Of a stretch of 64,000 nt of DNA, positions 18,329 to 27,825 are shown in pieces (the stretch's first letter is position 1; each line of letters begins with the position of its first letter). Source of the DNA: Candidatus Moraniibacteriota bacterium (GTDB lineage Bacteria > Patescibacteriota > Minisyncoccia > Moranbacterales > UBA9337); assembly GCA_026985555.1 (NCBI GenBank), contig JALSQF010000007.1, positions 1,099-65,098 on the forward strand, read 5' to 3'. The translations under genes and the position numbers were made by a program. The notes beneath the pieces are model-generated. The model saw only the letters and a list, made by a program, of their open reading frames with translations. It made no database searches and was not told the origin of the DNA.

Positions 18329-19789
18329 ATGAGATTTAAAAAACTTATTTATTTAGCAATAATTAGTTTTATTATTTTTCCAGTAGCAACTTTTGCTTCA
18401 GTAGGCAACAATGCTAAAATAAGATTTCTTCATCATTCTACTGGAGGAAATCTTTATTCCCAAGGCAATGTAGCTAGTTGGTTTACCAACTATAATGCTA
18501 ATCATGGTACAAATTATACTATTTCAGAAATAAATTATCCTACTAACGGTTATCCTTGGAACAATTATCCTTATGATTGGTGGAATTTATGGGTAACGGA
18601 AAATCCAGACGGAACACCAAGAACTCCCGCTTGTCAAAACGGAAATGCTAATATGGAATGTTTAAATAACTTAACTTCTCAATATGATGTAATTATCTTT
18701 AAACATTGTTTTCCTGGAGCTCATATTCAGCCAGATACCGGCAATCCAGACGTAACCTCTGATGTGAAAACATTAGAAAATTATAAAGCGCAGTATAGAG
18801 CTATTAGAAAAGAACTAGATAAATATCCCAATAATTTATTTATAGTTTGGACGTTAGTTCCTTTACATAGATTAGCTACAGATACTGAAGAAGCAAGTAG
18901 AGCTAAACAATTTGTAGATTGGGTGAAAAATAATTGGTTAACGGAAGACGGACAATCTCATCCCAATATAAAAATATTTGATTTTTGGAGCCAGGTAGCA
19001 GAAACAAATCCTAATCCACCTCAAGGAGAAGTAAATACTTTAAAATTTAATTATGAAAGAAGTCATACAGCTAATGATTCTCATCCTAATACTTTAGCCA
19101 ATCAAACCGTTGGACCAATTTTTGCTCAAAGTATAGTTGATGATATAAATGAATTTCAGAATCAAGATAGTAATGATGAAAATAATAATGGAAATACTAG
19201 TAATTCTAATAATCAAGGAGGAAGAGTTAATATTAAAAAATTAGAAATTAAATTTAATTCTAAGAAAAAAGCAAAAAAACTTTCAAAAAGAAAAAAAATT
19301 TACTCTAAAAAAAATAAAATTAAATTTAAAGGAATAGTGGAAGGACTATATCAAGGAAAAATAGAAATTTATATTGATAAGAAATTGAAAAAAATAATTG
19401 AATTAAAAGAGAAAGAAAGATGGGGTAAAAAAATAAAATTCAAAAAAAACGGGACACATTGGATAAGGTTTAAATATATAAATAATCAAGGGAAAGTTGT
19501 TAAAAAGTCTAGAAAATATAAAATTAAAATTGATGCTCAAAAACCAAAATTTAAAAAGATGCCATCATTTTTAATGAAACGTAAAGGAGATAGGGTTTGG
19601 TGGAAAGCTACCGATAATGATAAGATAAAATATTATAAATATTATTTTTGTGGCAAGAAAAAAATAACCAAAAAGGGTTCTTTTATTATTCCAGCTAATA
19701 TTTCCAGAGGATTACATCGGCTCAAGATTAAAGCTTATGATAAAGCGGGAAACAAAACTACTAAATATGTTGTTATTTTTGTAAGATAA
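18329..19789 (+). CDS. Secreted protein: SGNH-like N-terminal domain, Asn-rich linker, Lys-rich Ig-like C-terminal domains
   Basis: Signal peptide; HHSTG...FKHCFP...DSHP; C-terminal KAYDKAGN Ig-like motif. Confidence 0.7.
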   Translation: MRFKKLIYLAIISFIIFPVATFASVGNNAKIRFLHHSTGGNLYSQGNVASWFTNYNANHGTNYTISEINYPTNGYPWNNYPYDWWNLWVTENPDGTPRTPACQNGNANMECLNNLTSQYDVIIFKHCFPGAHIQPDTGNPDVTSDVKTLENYKAQYRAIRKELDKYPNNLFIVWTLVPLHRLATDTEEASRAKQFVDWVKNNWLTEDGQSHPNIKIFDFWSQVAETNPNPPQGEVNTLKFNYERSHTANDSHPNTLANQTVGPIFAQSIVDDINEFQNQDSNDENNNGNTSNSNNQGGRVNIKKLEIKFNSKKKAKKLSKRKKIYSKKNKIKFKGIVEGLYQGKIEIYIDKKLKKIIELKEKERWGKKIKFKKNGTHWIRFKYINNQGKVVKKSRKYKIKIDAQKPKFKKMPSFLMKRKGDRVWWKATDNDKIKYYKYYFCGKKKITKKGSFIIPANISRGLHRLKIKAYDKAGNKTTKYVVIFVR

Positions 19790-19810
19790 AATTTTTTTAA
19801 CCCTGTTTTT

Positions 19811-19854
19811 AACTTTCTGGCTATTTAAATATCCATTTAAATAGCCAGAAAGTT
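19811..19854. repeat. Palindromic repeat family, copy 1
   Basis: AACTTTCTGGCTATTTAAAT-atcc-ATTTAAATAGCCAGAAAGTT (20-bp arms). Confidence 0.92.
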
Positions 19855-19870
19855 TTTTAAAAATGAACAC

Positions 19871-19942
19871 TTTACATACAACTTGACTATTGTTATAATT
19901 ATTAAATAATTAGTTATTTAATAAAAAAATAAACAAAGGAGG
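19871..19942 (+). promoter_or_regulatory. Promoter + boxA-like leader + SD of orphan gene
   Basis: TTTACA-17-TATAAT with TG extension, TAGTTATTTAATAA at 19911, AAAGGAGG before ATG 19948. Confidence 0.65.
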
Positions 19943-19947
19943 AAATT

Positions 19948-20487
19948 ATGCATAATTTTTTTTCTTTTTTATTGCAAAGTAATTGTGTTTTGAGTGTATG
20001 TATAATAAGTGTTATAACGGTTGTAATAGCTGGTTTATTTTTATGGTTGGAGCAAAAAAATAGAAATGAGATAATAGCTTTGTTTCATATTAGAGCTAGA
20101 TCTAATATTCTCAAAAATTATTTATCAAGGAAAAATAAATTATCAGAAGGTGAAATAACTATTCTTATGAATAGATGTGTTCAAATAAAATATTGGCTGG
20201 AACAGTTATCAGGAGAGTTTTATTTGACAAGAGCAGGCTTCTTAAAAAAGACAGATAAAACGAAACATAGGTTACCTCAAGCGAGTATGGTAAATTGCTC
20301 TGTGATTGTAGATGATTTAATTTGGGAGGAACACCAAGGAGTTTTTATTTTAGAATTAAATCTAGTGAATAAATCTAAAAAAACCGATATAGTTGTTTGG
20401 AAAAAACAAGGAAAAATAAAACTCCAACTAAAATTATTCTACAATATGAAAAAATTTCCTATTTTTGCGGATATGTTTTTTTCTTAA
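19948..20487 (+). CDS. Orphan hypothetical protein with N-terminal TM
   Basis: 179-aa ORF with strong SD, own promoter and terminator. Confidence 0.75.
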   Translation: MHNFFSFLLQSNCVLSVCIISVITVVIAGLFLWLEQKNRNEIIALFHIRARSNILKNYLSRKNKLSEGEITILMNRCVQIKYWLEQLSGEFYLTRAGFLKKTDKTKHRLPQASMVNCSVIVDDLIWEEHQGVFILELNLVNKSKKTDIVVWKKQGKIKLQLKLFYNMKKFPIFADMFFS

Positions 20488-20498
20488 ATTTTTAAAAT

Positions 20499-20535
20499 AA
20501 AAGGATCTAAGTTTTTTTAATTTAGATCCTTTTTT
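20499..20535 (+). terminator. Rho-independent terminator
   Basis: AAAAGGATCTAA...TTAGATCCTTTT followed by T-run, 11 nt after the stop. Confidence 0.7.
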
Positions 20536-20663
20536 GTTTTATTAAATTTTTAAGTTTATAAAAAATTAATCTTTTTCTAACAACTAAATAGATTAATCAA
20601 ATAGTTTGATTTTTTCTAACTTCTATTATAAATTTAAAAGAGTAAACAATTAAGAATAAAATT

Positions 20664-23600
20664 ATGTTTTCTTCTGTAGATGTGCATAAAAAAATAGCTG
20701 AAAGAGAAAAAGAAATATTAAAACTTTGGAAAGAAAAAAAAGCTTTTGAGAAATCGTTAAAATTAACTAAAAATAAACCAAGGTATACTTTTTATGATGG
20801 ACCTCCTTTTGCTACGGGAACACCACATTACGGACATATTGTAGCCAGTGTTATGAAAGACATGGTTCCTCGTTATTGGAGTATGCGAGGCTATTATGTG
20901 GAAAGACGTTGGGGTTGGGATTGTCATGGATTGCCCATTGAAAATATTGTAGAGAAGGAAATGGGTTCTCAAAAGAAAAAAGATATAGAAAAGATTGGTG
21001 TAGCTAAGTTTAATCAAATGTGTCGGAGTAAAGTTTTAAGTTATGTAGAGGACTGGAAGAAAGTTATTAATCGCTTAGGTCGTTGGGTAGATATGGAAAA
21101 TGCTTACAAAACTATGGATTTAGAATATATGGAATCAGTTTGGTGGGTATTTAAACAGCTTTATGATAAAAAACTTATTTATAAAAATTATCGTTCTTTG
21201 CATATTTGTCCTCGTTGTGAAACTACCCTTTCTCAATCAGAGGTAACCGAAGGATATAAGGATATAAAAGATTTATCAGTGATTGCTAAATTTAAACTAA
21301 AACCCAATCAAAAAATAAATAAGCAAGAAGTTAAGAACAATGCTTATATTTTAGCTTGGACAACGACGCCTTGGACATTGCCAGGAAACGTGGCTTTGGC
21401 AGTAGGTCCAAAGATAAAATATTCTGTAATAGAAGTCCAAGAAAATAATCAGCAAGAAATTTATATTATAGCGCAACCAAAAGTTAAAGAAATATTAAAT
21501 GAAACATATCAAAATTATAAAATTTTAGCAGAGGTAAAAGGAAAAGAATTAGTCGGTTTAAAATATGAACCATTATGGAACACTTATACTCAGGATAGAA
21601 ACTTAAAAAACAGAGAAAATGGTTGGCGAATAGTTGAGGCTGATTTTGTAACTACTAAAGAAGGAACGGGAGTAGTGCATATTGCTCCGGCTTTCGGAGA
21701 AGACGATATGAAATTAGGTAAAGAAAAAAAATTACCTTTTGTTCAACATGTGGGAATGGATGGAATAGTTGATAAAAAAGTAGAAGCGGTAGGTGGTTTA
21801 AATGTCAAACCAATTGATAATCCTCAATCCACAGATGTAGAGGTGATTAAATATTTAGCTAGTAAAAAACTTTTGTTTCACAAAGAAAAATATGAACATA
21901 GTTATCCTCACTGTTGGCGATGTGATAGTCCTTTAATTAACTATGCTACTTCTTCTTGGTTTGTAAAAGTTACTGCTCTTAAGAAAGAAGCAATTCAATT
22001 AGCTCAAAAAATTAACTGGTCTCCGGCACACATTAAAACAGGACGTTTCGGCAAGTGGCTAGAAGGAGCTAGAGATTGGTCAATTTCTCGTCAACGATTT
22101 TGGGCTTCTGTAATTCCTATTTGGGAATGTGATCAGTGTGGAAAAAGAAAAGTTTTTGGTTCTACACGAGAAATTAATCAAAAGTTAGGAAAATTTTTAG
22201 TTTTAAGACATGGTGAAGCTGAAAATAACATTAAAAAAATTTGTTCTTCTTTAGTAACAGATAAATATTCCCTAACAGAAAAAGGAAGAAAACAAGTAAT
22301 TGCAACGGCTAAAAAATTAGAAAAAGAAAAAATAGATCTTATTCTAGCTTCTGACTTAATAAGAACAAAGGAAACCGCCGAAATTATAGCTCAAAAATTA
22401 GGCGTAAAAATTATTTTTGATAAACGTTTAAGAGAGGTAAATGTAGGAAAGTTTAATGGGAAAACTTTTAATGAAATTAAAGATTTTAAAGAAAAATGGA
22501 ATCAAGGAAAAAATATTCAATTTCCTCAAGGAGATAGTTGGGAAAGTATTAAAGAAAGAGTAACTAATTTTTATAATGATATTTTTTTAAAGTATAGAAA
22601 CAAAAATAAAAATATTTTAATTATTTCTCATGCGGATATTCTAATAACTTTAGAAGCTATATTGAAAGGGAAGAATTATAAGGCGCAGATTAAAAAAATT
22701 TATCAAAATAATTATATTAAAAACGGGGAATTAAGAAAAATTAATTACAAATTACTAGATTTACACAAGCATATAGTAGACGGGATTACTTTTAGTTGTG
22801 ATAAAAGAGGATGTCAAGGACAAATGAAAAGAGTGCCAGACGTTTTAGATACTTGGTTTGATAGCGGATCTATGCCATATGCTCAAAAACATTATCCTTT
22901 TGAAAATAAAAAAATTTTTGACAAAACTTTTCCAGCTGATTTTATTGCAGAGGGACAGGATCAGACTAGAGCCTGGTTTTATTATTTACACGTATTAGCT
23001 ATAGCTTTAAAACACAAACCAGCCTTTTATAATGTTATAGTAAATGGAATTGTTTTAGCGGAAGATGGAAAAAAAATGAGTAAGAAATTAAAAAATTATC
23101 CTGATCCAATGGAAATGTTTGAGAAATATGGCGCTGATGCAGTTCGTTTTTACCTAATGAGTTCCCCAGTGGTAGCGGCGCAAAATTTAAATTTTTCTGA
23201 AAAAGAGGTGGCCGAAATTGTAAGAGGAACTATTAGGATGTTGTTTAATTCTTATAGTTTTTTTATTACTTACGCTAAAATTGATCATTGGAAACCCCAG
23301 AAAAAAAATAATTTAAAAAGAAAAAATTTATTGGATAGATGGATTATTTCAGAATTAAATTTGTTAGTTAGAGAATTTAATCACAAAATGGAGGCTTATC
23401 AACTGCATAAGGCCACTCGTTTATTACCTGATTTTATTGATAATTTATCTAATTGGTATATACGGCGTAGTCGTCGTCGTTTTTGGAAAAGTGAAAACGA
23501 CGAAGACAAACAAGAAGCTTATGAAACTTTATATTATGTTTTACTTACTTTAAGCAAAATTATTGCTCCAGTTATGCCTTTTCTAGCGGAGGAGATATAT

Positions 23601-24227
23601 TCTAATTTAGCAAATAGTTTTCAAAAAAAATGGCAATCAGTTCACTGGCAATCATTTCCTCAAAGTCAAGAAAATTTAATTGATGAAAAAATCAATCAGA
23701 AAATGAAAAAAACGAGAGAAATTATTAGAGAAGCTTTGCAGTTAAGATCACAAGCGCAAATTAAAGTGAGACAACCTCTCAGTGTTCTTTATTTAGATTT
23801 TTCTGATAATTTTAATGCAGATTTAAAAGAAGTCATTCAAGAAGAAGTGAATATTAAGAAAATTATTTTTTTGAAAAAGGAAAATAAAAAAGTATTAAAA
23901 GAAAATCAAAAAAATATTATTTGGAATGAAACAAAAACAATCGGATTAGATAAAAACATAACTAATGATTTAAAACTAGAAGGACAAGCTAGAGAAATTA
24001 TTCGTTTTATTCAGCAGTTACGTAAAAAAGCTAATTATAACTTAGACGATAGAATTCAAGTGACGTATCAAGGTAAGGAAGAAGTTTGGCAAAGGTTTGG
24101 AGATCTGATTTCTAAGGAAGTTTTAGCCGCCCAAGTAAGTAATTCTTATTCTCAAGTAAAAAATTTTGATATAAAAGACAAGCAAGAAATAGAAAATGAT
24201 TGGTTAGAAATAAAATTAAAAAAATAG
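20664..24227 (+). CDS. ileS: Isoleucyl-tRNA synthetase (type 2) with inserted histidine-phosphatase domain
   Basis: DGPPFATGTPHYGH, GWDCHGLP, WTTTPWTLP, DWSISRQRFW, WFDSG, KMSKK; RHG-containing insert at aa ~510-696. Confidence 0.96.
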   Translation: MFSSVDVHKKIAEREKEILKLWKEKKAFEKSLKLTKNKPRYTFYDGPPFATGTPHYGHIVASVMKDMVPRYWSMRGYYVERRWGWDCHGLPIENIVEKEMGSQKKKDIEKIGVAKFNQMCRSKVLSYVEDWKKVINRLGRWVDMENAYKTMDLEYMESVWWVFKQLYDKKLIYKNYRSLHICPRCETTLSQSEVTEGYKDIKDLSVIAKFKLKPNQKINKQEVKNNAYILAWTTTPWTLPGNVALAVGPKIKYSVIEVQENNQQEIYIIAQPKVKEILNETYQNYKILAEVKGKELVGLKYEPLWNTYTQDRNLKNRENGWRIVEADFVTTKEGTGVVHIAPAFGEDDMKLGKEKKLPFVQHVGMDGIVDKKVEAVGGLNVKPIDNPQSTDVEVIKYLASKKLLFHKEKYEHSYPHCWRCDSPLINYATSSWFVKVTALKKEAIQLAQKINWSPAHIKTGRFGKWLEGARDWSISRQRFWASVIPIWECDQCGKRKVFGSTREINQKLGKFLVLRHGEAENNIKKICSSLVTDKYSLTEKGRKQVIATAKKLEKEKIDLILASDLIRTKETAEIIAQKLGVKIIFDKRLREVNVGKFNGKTFNEIKDFKEKWNQGKNIQFPQGDSWESIKERVTNFYNDIFLKYRNKNKNILIISHADILITLEAILKGKNYKAQIKKIYQNNYIKNGELRKINYKLLDLHKHIVDGITFSCDKRGCQGQMKRVPDVLDTWFDSGSMPYAQKHYPFENKKIFDKTFPADFIAEGQDQTRAWFYYLHVLAIALKHKPAFYNVIVNGIVLAEDGKKMSKKLKNYPDPMEMFEKYGADAVRFYLMSSPVVAAQNLNFSEKEVAEIVRGTIRMLFNSYSFFITYAKIDHWKPQKKNNLKRKNLLDRWIISELNLLVREFNHKMEAYQLHKATRLLPDFIDNLSNWYIRRSRRRFWKSENDEDKQEAYETLYYVLLTLSKIIAPVMPFLAEEIYSNLANSFQKKWQSVHWQSFPQSQENLIDEKINQKMKKTREIIREALQLRSQAQIKVRQPLSVLYLDFSDNFNADLKEVIQEEVNIKKIIFLKKENKKVLKENQKNIIWNETKTIGLDKNITNDLKLEGQAREIIRFIQQLRKKANYNLDDRIQVTYQGKEEVWQRFGDLISKEVLAAQVSNSYSQVKNFDIKDKQEIENDWLEIKLKK

Positions 24228-24238
24228 TATTTAAAAAC

Positions 24239-24258
24239 CGCAATCAAATTTGATTGCG
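24239..24258. terminator. Bidirectional terminator-like palindrome between convergent ileS and orphan gene
   Basis: CGCAATCAAATTTGATTGCG perfect 20-bp palindrome with A-rich and T-rich flanks. Confidence 0.65.
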
Positions 24259-24299
24259 ATTTCTTGTTTTCACTAAAATTCTATTTAAAATTTAAAATA

Positions 24300-24821
24300 T
24301 TATTTTCGTTTCATCTTCCAAAAACATTCTCTCCTCAAATTTATAACTTCACTTTGAGAGGAGGTGTAATTTTTGTCAAAAAAACTAATCATATTGAAAA
24401 TATTTTTCTCATCGTAAATTTTATCAAGACTTTTGAAAAATTTATCAACTAGATCAACATCTTCTCTTACTGAAAGGTCTAAAGTGTGAATAATATTTGA
24501 TTTAAGTTGAAGCAATACACTGCATATTGTCACACAATATTTTTCGCTATTCAGAGCCTTACCTGTTTTATATAGGTATTCACCGTAAAAAAGTAAGTAA
24601 CGCTCCTTCTTTTTTTCATCATTTTCTTTTTTAATCTCTCTTAAAATATTTTTATTTAGGAGAGATATAATTTCATTACCCATAATCCGTAGTTGATTCT
24701 GATAAGTCGTTTTTATTTTTTCCTTAATTTCCTGAAAAAATAAAAAAAGAAGATAGAAAATAATAACAAAAAAAACAATAACAACAGAATGTTGCGTAAA
24801 AAGATTCGTGTAATTTTCCAT
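24300..24821 (-). CDS. Orphan hypothetical protein with N-terminal TM
   Basis: 173-aa ORF, SD AAAGGAGG, own promoter. Confidence 0.75.
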   Translation of the reverse strand: MENYTNLFTQHSVVIVFFVIIFYLLFLFFQEIKEKIKTTYQNQLRIMGNEIISLLNKNILREIKKENDEKKKERYLLFYGEYLYKTGKALNSEKYCVTICSVLLQLKSNIIHTLDLSVREDVDLVDKFFKSLDKIYDEKNIFNMISFFDKNYTSSQSEVINLRRECFWKMKRK

Positions 24822-24826
24822 TTCTT

Positions 24827-24897
24827 GCCTCCTTTTTTATTCTTTATTTTAAAAAACTTAATTCAAATTATTGTATTGATTTTTTCTTTTTTGTCAA
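24827..24897 (-). promoter_or_regulatory. Promoter + boxA-like leader + SD of orphan gene
   Basis: Minus strand TTGACA-16-TACAAT, then AAGTTTTTTAAAA, then AAAGGAGG. Confidence 0.6.
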
Positions 24898-24941
24898 GTT
24901 TTCCTGTTTTTTTGTTGATTGTTTTAATTATTTTGTTCTTT

Positions 24942-24987
24942 TTTCTTTCTGGCTATTTAAATGGATATTTAAATAGCCAGAAAGAAA
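24942..24987. repeat. Palindromic repeat family, copy 2 (inverted relative to copy 1)
   Basis: TTTCTTTCTGGCTATTTAAAT-ggat-ATTTAAATAGCCAGAAAGAAA; loop GGAT is the reverse complement of copy 1 loop ATCC. Confidence 0.92.
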
Positions 24988-25092
24988 TTTTAATTTAACG
25001 AAAAAGTTTTTAAAATGAAGTTTTATTTTTTGTTTAATAGAGAAGAATATTTATTTGCTCCTTGATTAAATTTATTGTATAATTCAACTAAT

Positions 25093-26370
25093 ATGGAAAA
25101 GAAAAAGAAAAAATCTTTTTTTGTTTTAATGCTTTTGCTACTAATTATTAGTTTAGTAATAACTAATAAAAGTTTTTATTTTGCTAAAGTATTTGCTTCA
25201 GAATCAGAGGAAAAAGTTTCTAACAAAAAAGTAAAAGAAACTAAAAGTGATATTAAAACTTTAGAAAATAAAATAGAAAAAGCCGAGGCTTACAAAAAAT
25301 CTTTAGAAAATAAATTAAACCATATACAAGGATCTGTTTATTATACTCAAAAAGAAATTAATAAAACAAAACGATTAATTAAAGATACGGAAGAAAATAT
25401 TGCTAGAATGGAAGCAGAAATAAAACAAATTAATAATCGTTTAGAAGTGCAAAAAAAAATTCTTGCTGGTCTTACTTGGCAATTTTATAAAGAGTCCAAG
25501 AAACCTCTTTTGTTAGGATTACTAGGAGAAGGAAGTTTAGCTCAAGCTACTTTTGAAAAAGAAAGAATAACTATTTTAAAAGAAAAGATTCTTGCTTTAA
25601 TTGACGATATAAAAAAAGATAAAGAAAAGTTTACTAAAAGTAAAGAAAAATTAAGTGATAGCAAGGAAGAAAAGAATAAGCTTCTTTCTTTAAAACAAGC
25701 GCAACAACATAGCTTGCTACAAGAAAAACAAATTACTCAATCAAGAGTAGCTAAAAAAAACAGAGAAATTGCTAATATGCGAGCGCGTTTAAGTCGTTTA
25801 AGAGTCAATTTATCTAGAATGTTAGGTAAAGTATATAATACTCAAGACATAGAAGAAGCCGCTAAAATAGCGAGTAAATCTACAGGAGTGCGGAAAGATT
25901 TTTTGATGGGTATGTTGGTGGTAGAGTCAGATTTAGGTCGTTATACGGGAGGTTGTAATTACAAGGAAAGCAGAATGAGTAGTTATCGGAAAAAAATATT
26001 TAAAGATATTTGTAAAAGTTTAGATTTAAATTATAAAAAACAAAAAGTATCTTGTCCTCCTAAAAGTTATCGTGGAACAGGAGGAGCGATGGGGGTAGCG
26101 CAATTTATGCCAGATACTTGGAATGCTTACAAAACATCCATAGCTTTGCACACTGGACATAATCCTCCTAATCCCTGGAATTTAGTAGACGGAGTAACCG
26201 CTATGGCTTTAAAATTGGCTAAGGTGCCAGGTGTAACTTCTCATAAAAAATCAGGAGAGAAAAATGCTGCCAAACTTTATCTTTCGGGTTCTACCTCTAG
26301 TAAATTTAATTGGTATGCTGAAAGAGTTTTATATTGGGCGGATCATTATGAAAAATTATTAAATAATTAG
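25093..26370 (+). CDS. Coiled-coil protein with C-terminal lytic transglycosylase (SLT) domain
   Basis: Signal/TM, long coiled coil, VES catalytic Glu, GAMGVAQFMPDTW; likely ATG at 25093. Confidence 0.85.
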   Translation: MEKKKKKSFFVLMLLLLIISLVITNKSFYFAKVFASESEEKVSNKKVKETKSDIKTLENKIEKAEAYKKSLENKLNHIQGSVYYTQKEINKTKRLIKDTEENIARMEAEIKQINNRLEVQKKILAGLTWQFYKESKKPLLLGLLGEGSLAQATFEKERITILKEKILALIDDIKKDKEKFTKSKEKLSDSKEEKNKLLSLKQAQQHSLLQEKQITQSRVAKKNREIANMRARLSRLRVNLSRMLGKVYNTQDIEEAAKIASKSTGVRKDFLMGMLVVESDLGRYTGGCNYKESRMSSYRKKIFKDICKSLDLNYKKQKVSCPPKSYRGTGGAMGVAQFMPDTWNAYKTSIALHTGHNPPNPWNLVDGVTAMALKLAKVPGVTSHKKSGEKNAAKLYLSGSTSSKFNWYAERVLYWADHYEKLLNN

Positions 26371-26382
26371 AAAAATAAAAAT

Positions 26383-27141
26383 ATGGAAAACAAAAACAAT
26401 ATTTTAAATACTGCACTACTGGCTGGAATTTTTGTTATGTTAGCTTACTTAATTTTTATTGAAAAAAATATTAATGTGGAAATGATAAATACTAAGGGAG
26501 AAGAAAAAACTATTGCCGTTTCCGCTCAAGCAGAAAAATTTATTAAACCTGACACAGCTTCTTTAAATTTTTCTCTATTAAAAAAATCTAGTAGTGTTGC
26601 CACAGCTACTGATTCAATTAATAAACGTAGCCAGTCTTTAATAAAAGCATTAAAAAAACTAGGTGTTCAAGAAAAAGATATTAAAACAATAAATTATAAT
26701 ATCTATCCAGAATATTTTTATAATGAAGGAAAAAAGAAATTTGATGGATATAGGGTAACTCAACAATTTAAAGTAATTATACGTGATTTAGATAAAGCTT
26801 CTCAAATACTATCTTTAATAAATAATTCAGAAGTAGATAACGTTTCGCAGTTAAATTTTTATATAGATAAAACTGATGAAATAAAAAATAATCTTAGAAA
26901 AGAAGCTATTAAAAAAGCGAAAGAAAAAGCTCGGCAATTGTCAAGAGATTTAGGCGTTTCTTTGAATAAAATTGTGGGTTTTCAAACAAATAAAGGTGGC
27001 CCTTTCTATCAAGAAGCAAAAGCTATGACTTGGGATGCAAGCAAAGTGGAAGGAAACAATAAGAAAAGTGAGCCTATTTTACCTTCAGGAGAAAATAAAT
27101 TTCAAGAAAAAGTAACTATTATTTATAAAATAGATAATTAA
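26383..27141 (+). CDS. SIMPL (DUF541) domain protein
   Basis: KPDTA, DIKTINYNIYPEY, AIKKAKEKARQLSRDLGV. Confidence 0.9.
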   Translation: MENKNNILNTALLAGIFVMLAYLIFIEKNINVEMINTKGEEKTIAVSAQAEKFIKPDTASLNFSLLKKSSSVATATDSINKRSQSLIKALKKLGVQEKDIKTINYNIYPEYFYNEGKKKFDGYRVTQQFKVIIRDLDKASQILSLINNSEVDNVSQLNFYIDKTDEIKNNLRKEAIKKAKEKARQLSRDLGVSLNKIVGFQTNKGGPFYQEAKAMTWDASKVEGNNKKSEPILPSGENKFQEKVTIIYKIDN

Positions 27142-27148
27142 AATAATT

Positions 27149-27820
27149 ATGAGTAGGGTTATTTTAGATATAGAAACAATTGGTAAAAATTTTGATGATT
27201 TAGATAAAAAATCTCAAGAATATCTTTTGCAATTTGCGCAAGACAAAAAGGAAAAAGAAGAAATAAAAGATCGTCTAGCTCTCTATCCTTTTACGGGAGA
27301 AATAGTTGCTATTGGTTTGTTAAATCCAGACACAAATAAAGGTGTAATGTATTATCAAAACAACAAAAAAGGAAAAGAAATTTTTCAAGAAAAAGGAATT
27401 AAATTTGAAACAGGATCAGAAAAAGAAATTTTAAAAAATTTTTGGGAAGACATACGCAGTTATCAGCAAATAATTACTTTTAATGGACGAGGATTTGACG
27501 CTCCTTTTTTACATTTACGGAGTGCTTTATTGAAAATTAGACCAACTAAAAATTTAATGCCTTATCGTTACGATTATAAAATTCATTGTGATTTAATGGA
27601 GCAACTAACTTTTTATAGCGCAACTAGAAAGTTTAATTTAGATTTTTATACGCGATCCTTTGGTATTAAAAGTCCTAAGGATGACGGTGTAGATGGTTCT
27701 CAAGTGGGAGAATTATATAAAAAAGGAAAATATAAGGAAATTGCAAGATATTGTGTGCGTGATTTGCAAGCTACACGAGAATTGTATGAATATTGGGAAA
27801 AATATTTAAAATTGGAATAG
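27149..27820 (+). CDS. Stand-alone DEDD(y) 3'-5' exonuclease (PolB-exo/RNase H-like)
   Basis: LDIET (ExoI), TFNGRGFD (ExoII), YCVRD (ExoIII). Confidence 0.88.
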   Translation: MSRVILDIETIGKNFDDLDKKSQEYLLQFAQDKKEKEEIKDRLALYPFTGEIVAIGLLNPDTNKGVMYYQNNKKGKEIFQEKGIKFETGSEKEILKNFWEDIRSYQQIITFNGRGFDAPFLHLRSALLKIRPTKNLMPYRYDYKIHCDLMEQLTFYSATRKFNLDFYTRSFGIKSPKDDGVDGSQVGELYKKGKYKEIARYCVRDLQATRELYEYWEKYLKLE

Positions 27821-27825
27821 GGTTT

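Noticed and set aside
20488-20663. T-box riboswitch upstream of ileS
   Set aside because: No T-box consensus (GGTGGNACC) and too little space; the hairpin fits the upstream orphan's terminator
20763-21017. 84-aa - strand ORF
   Set aside because: Antisense shadow inside ileS
24264-24998. ORFs 24264-24452 and 24789-24998 (+)
   Set aside because: Overlap the SD-led minus-strand orphan and its promoter/palindrome; low-complexity translations of T-rich DNA
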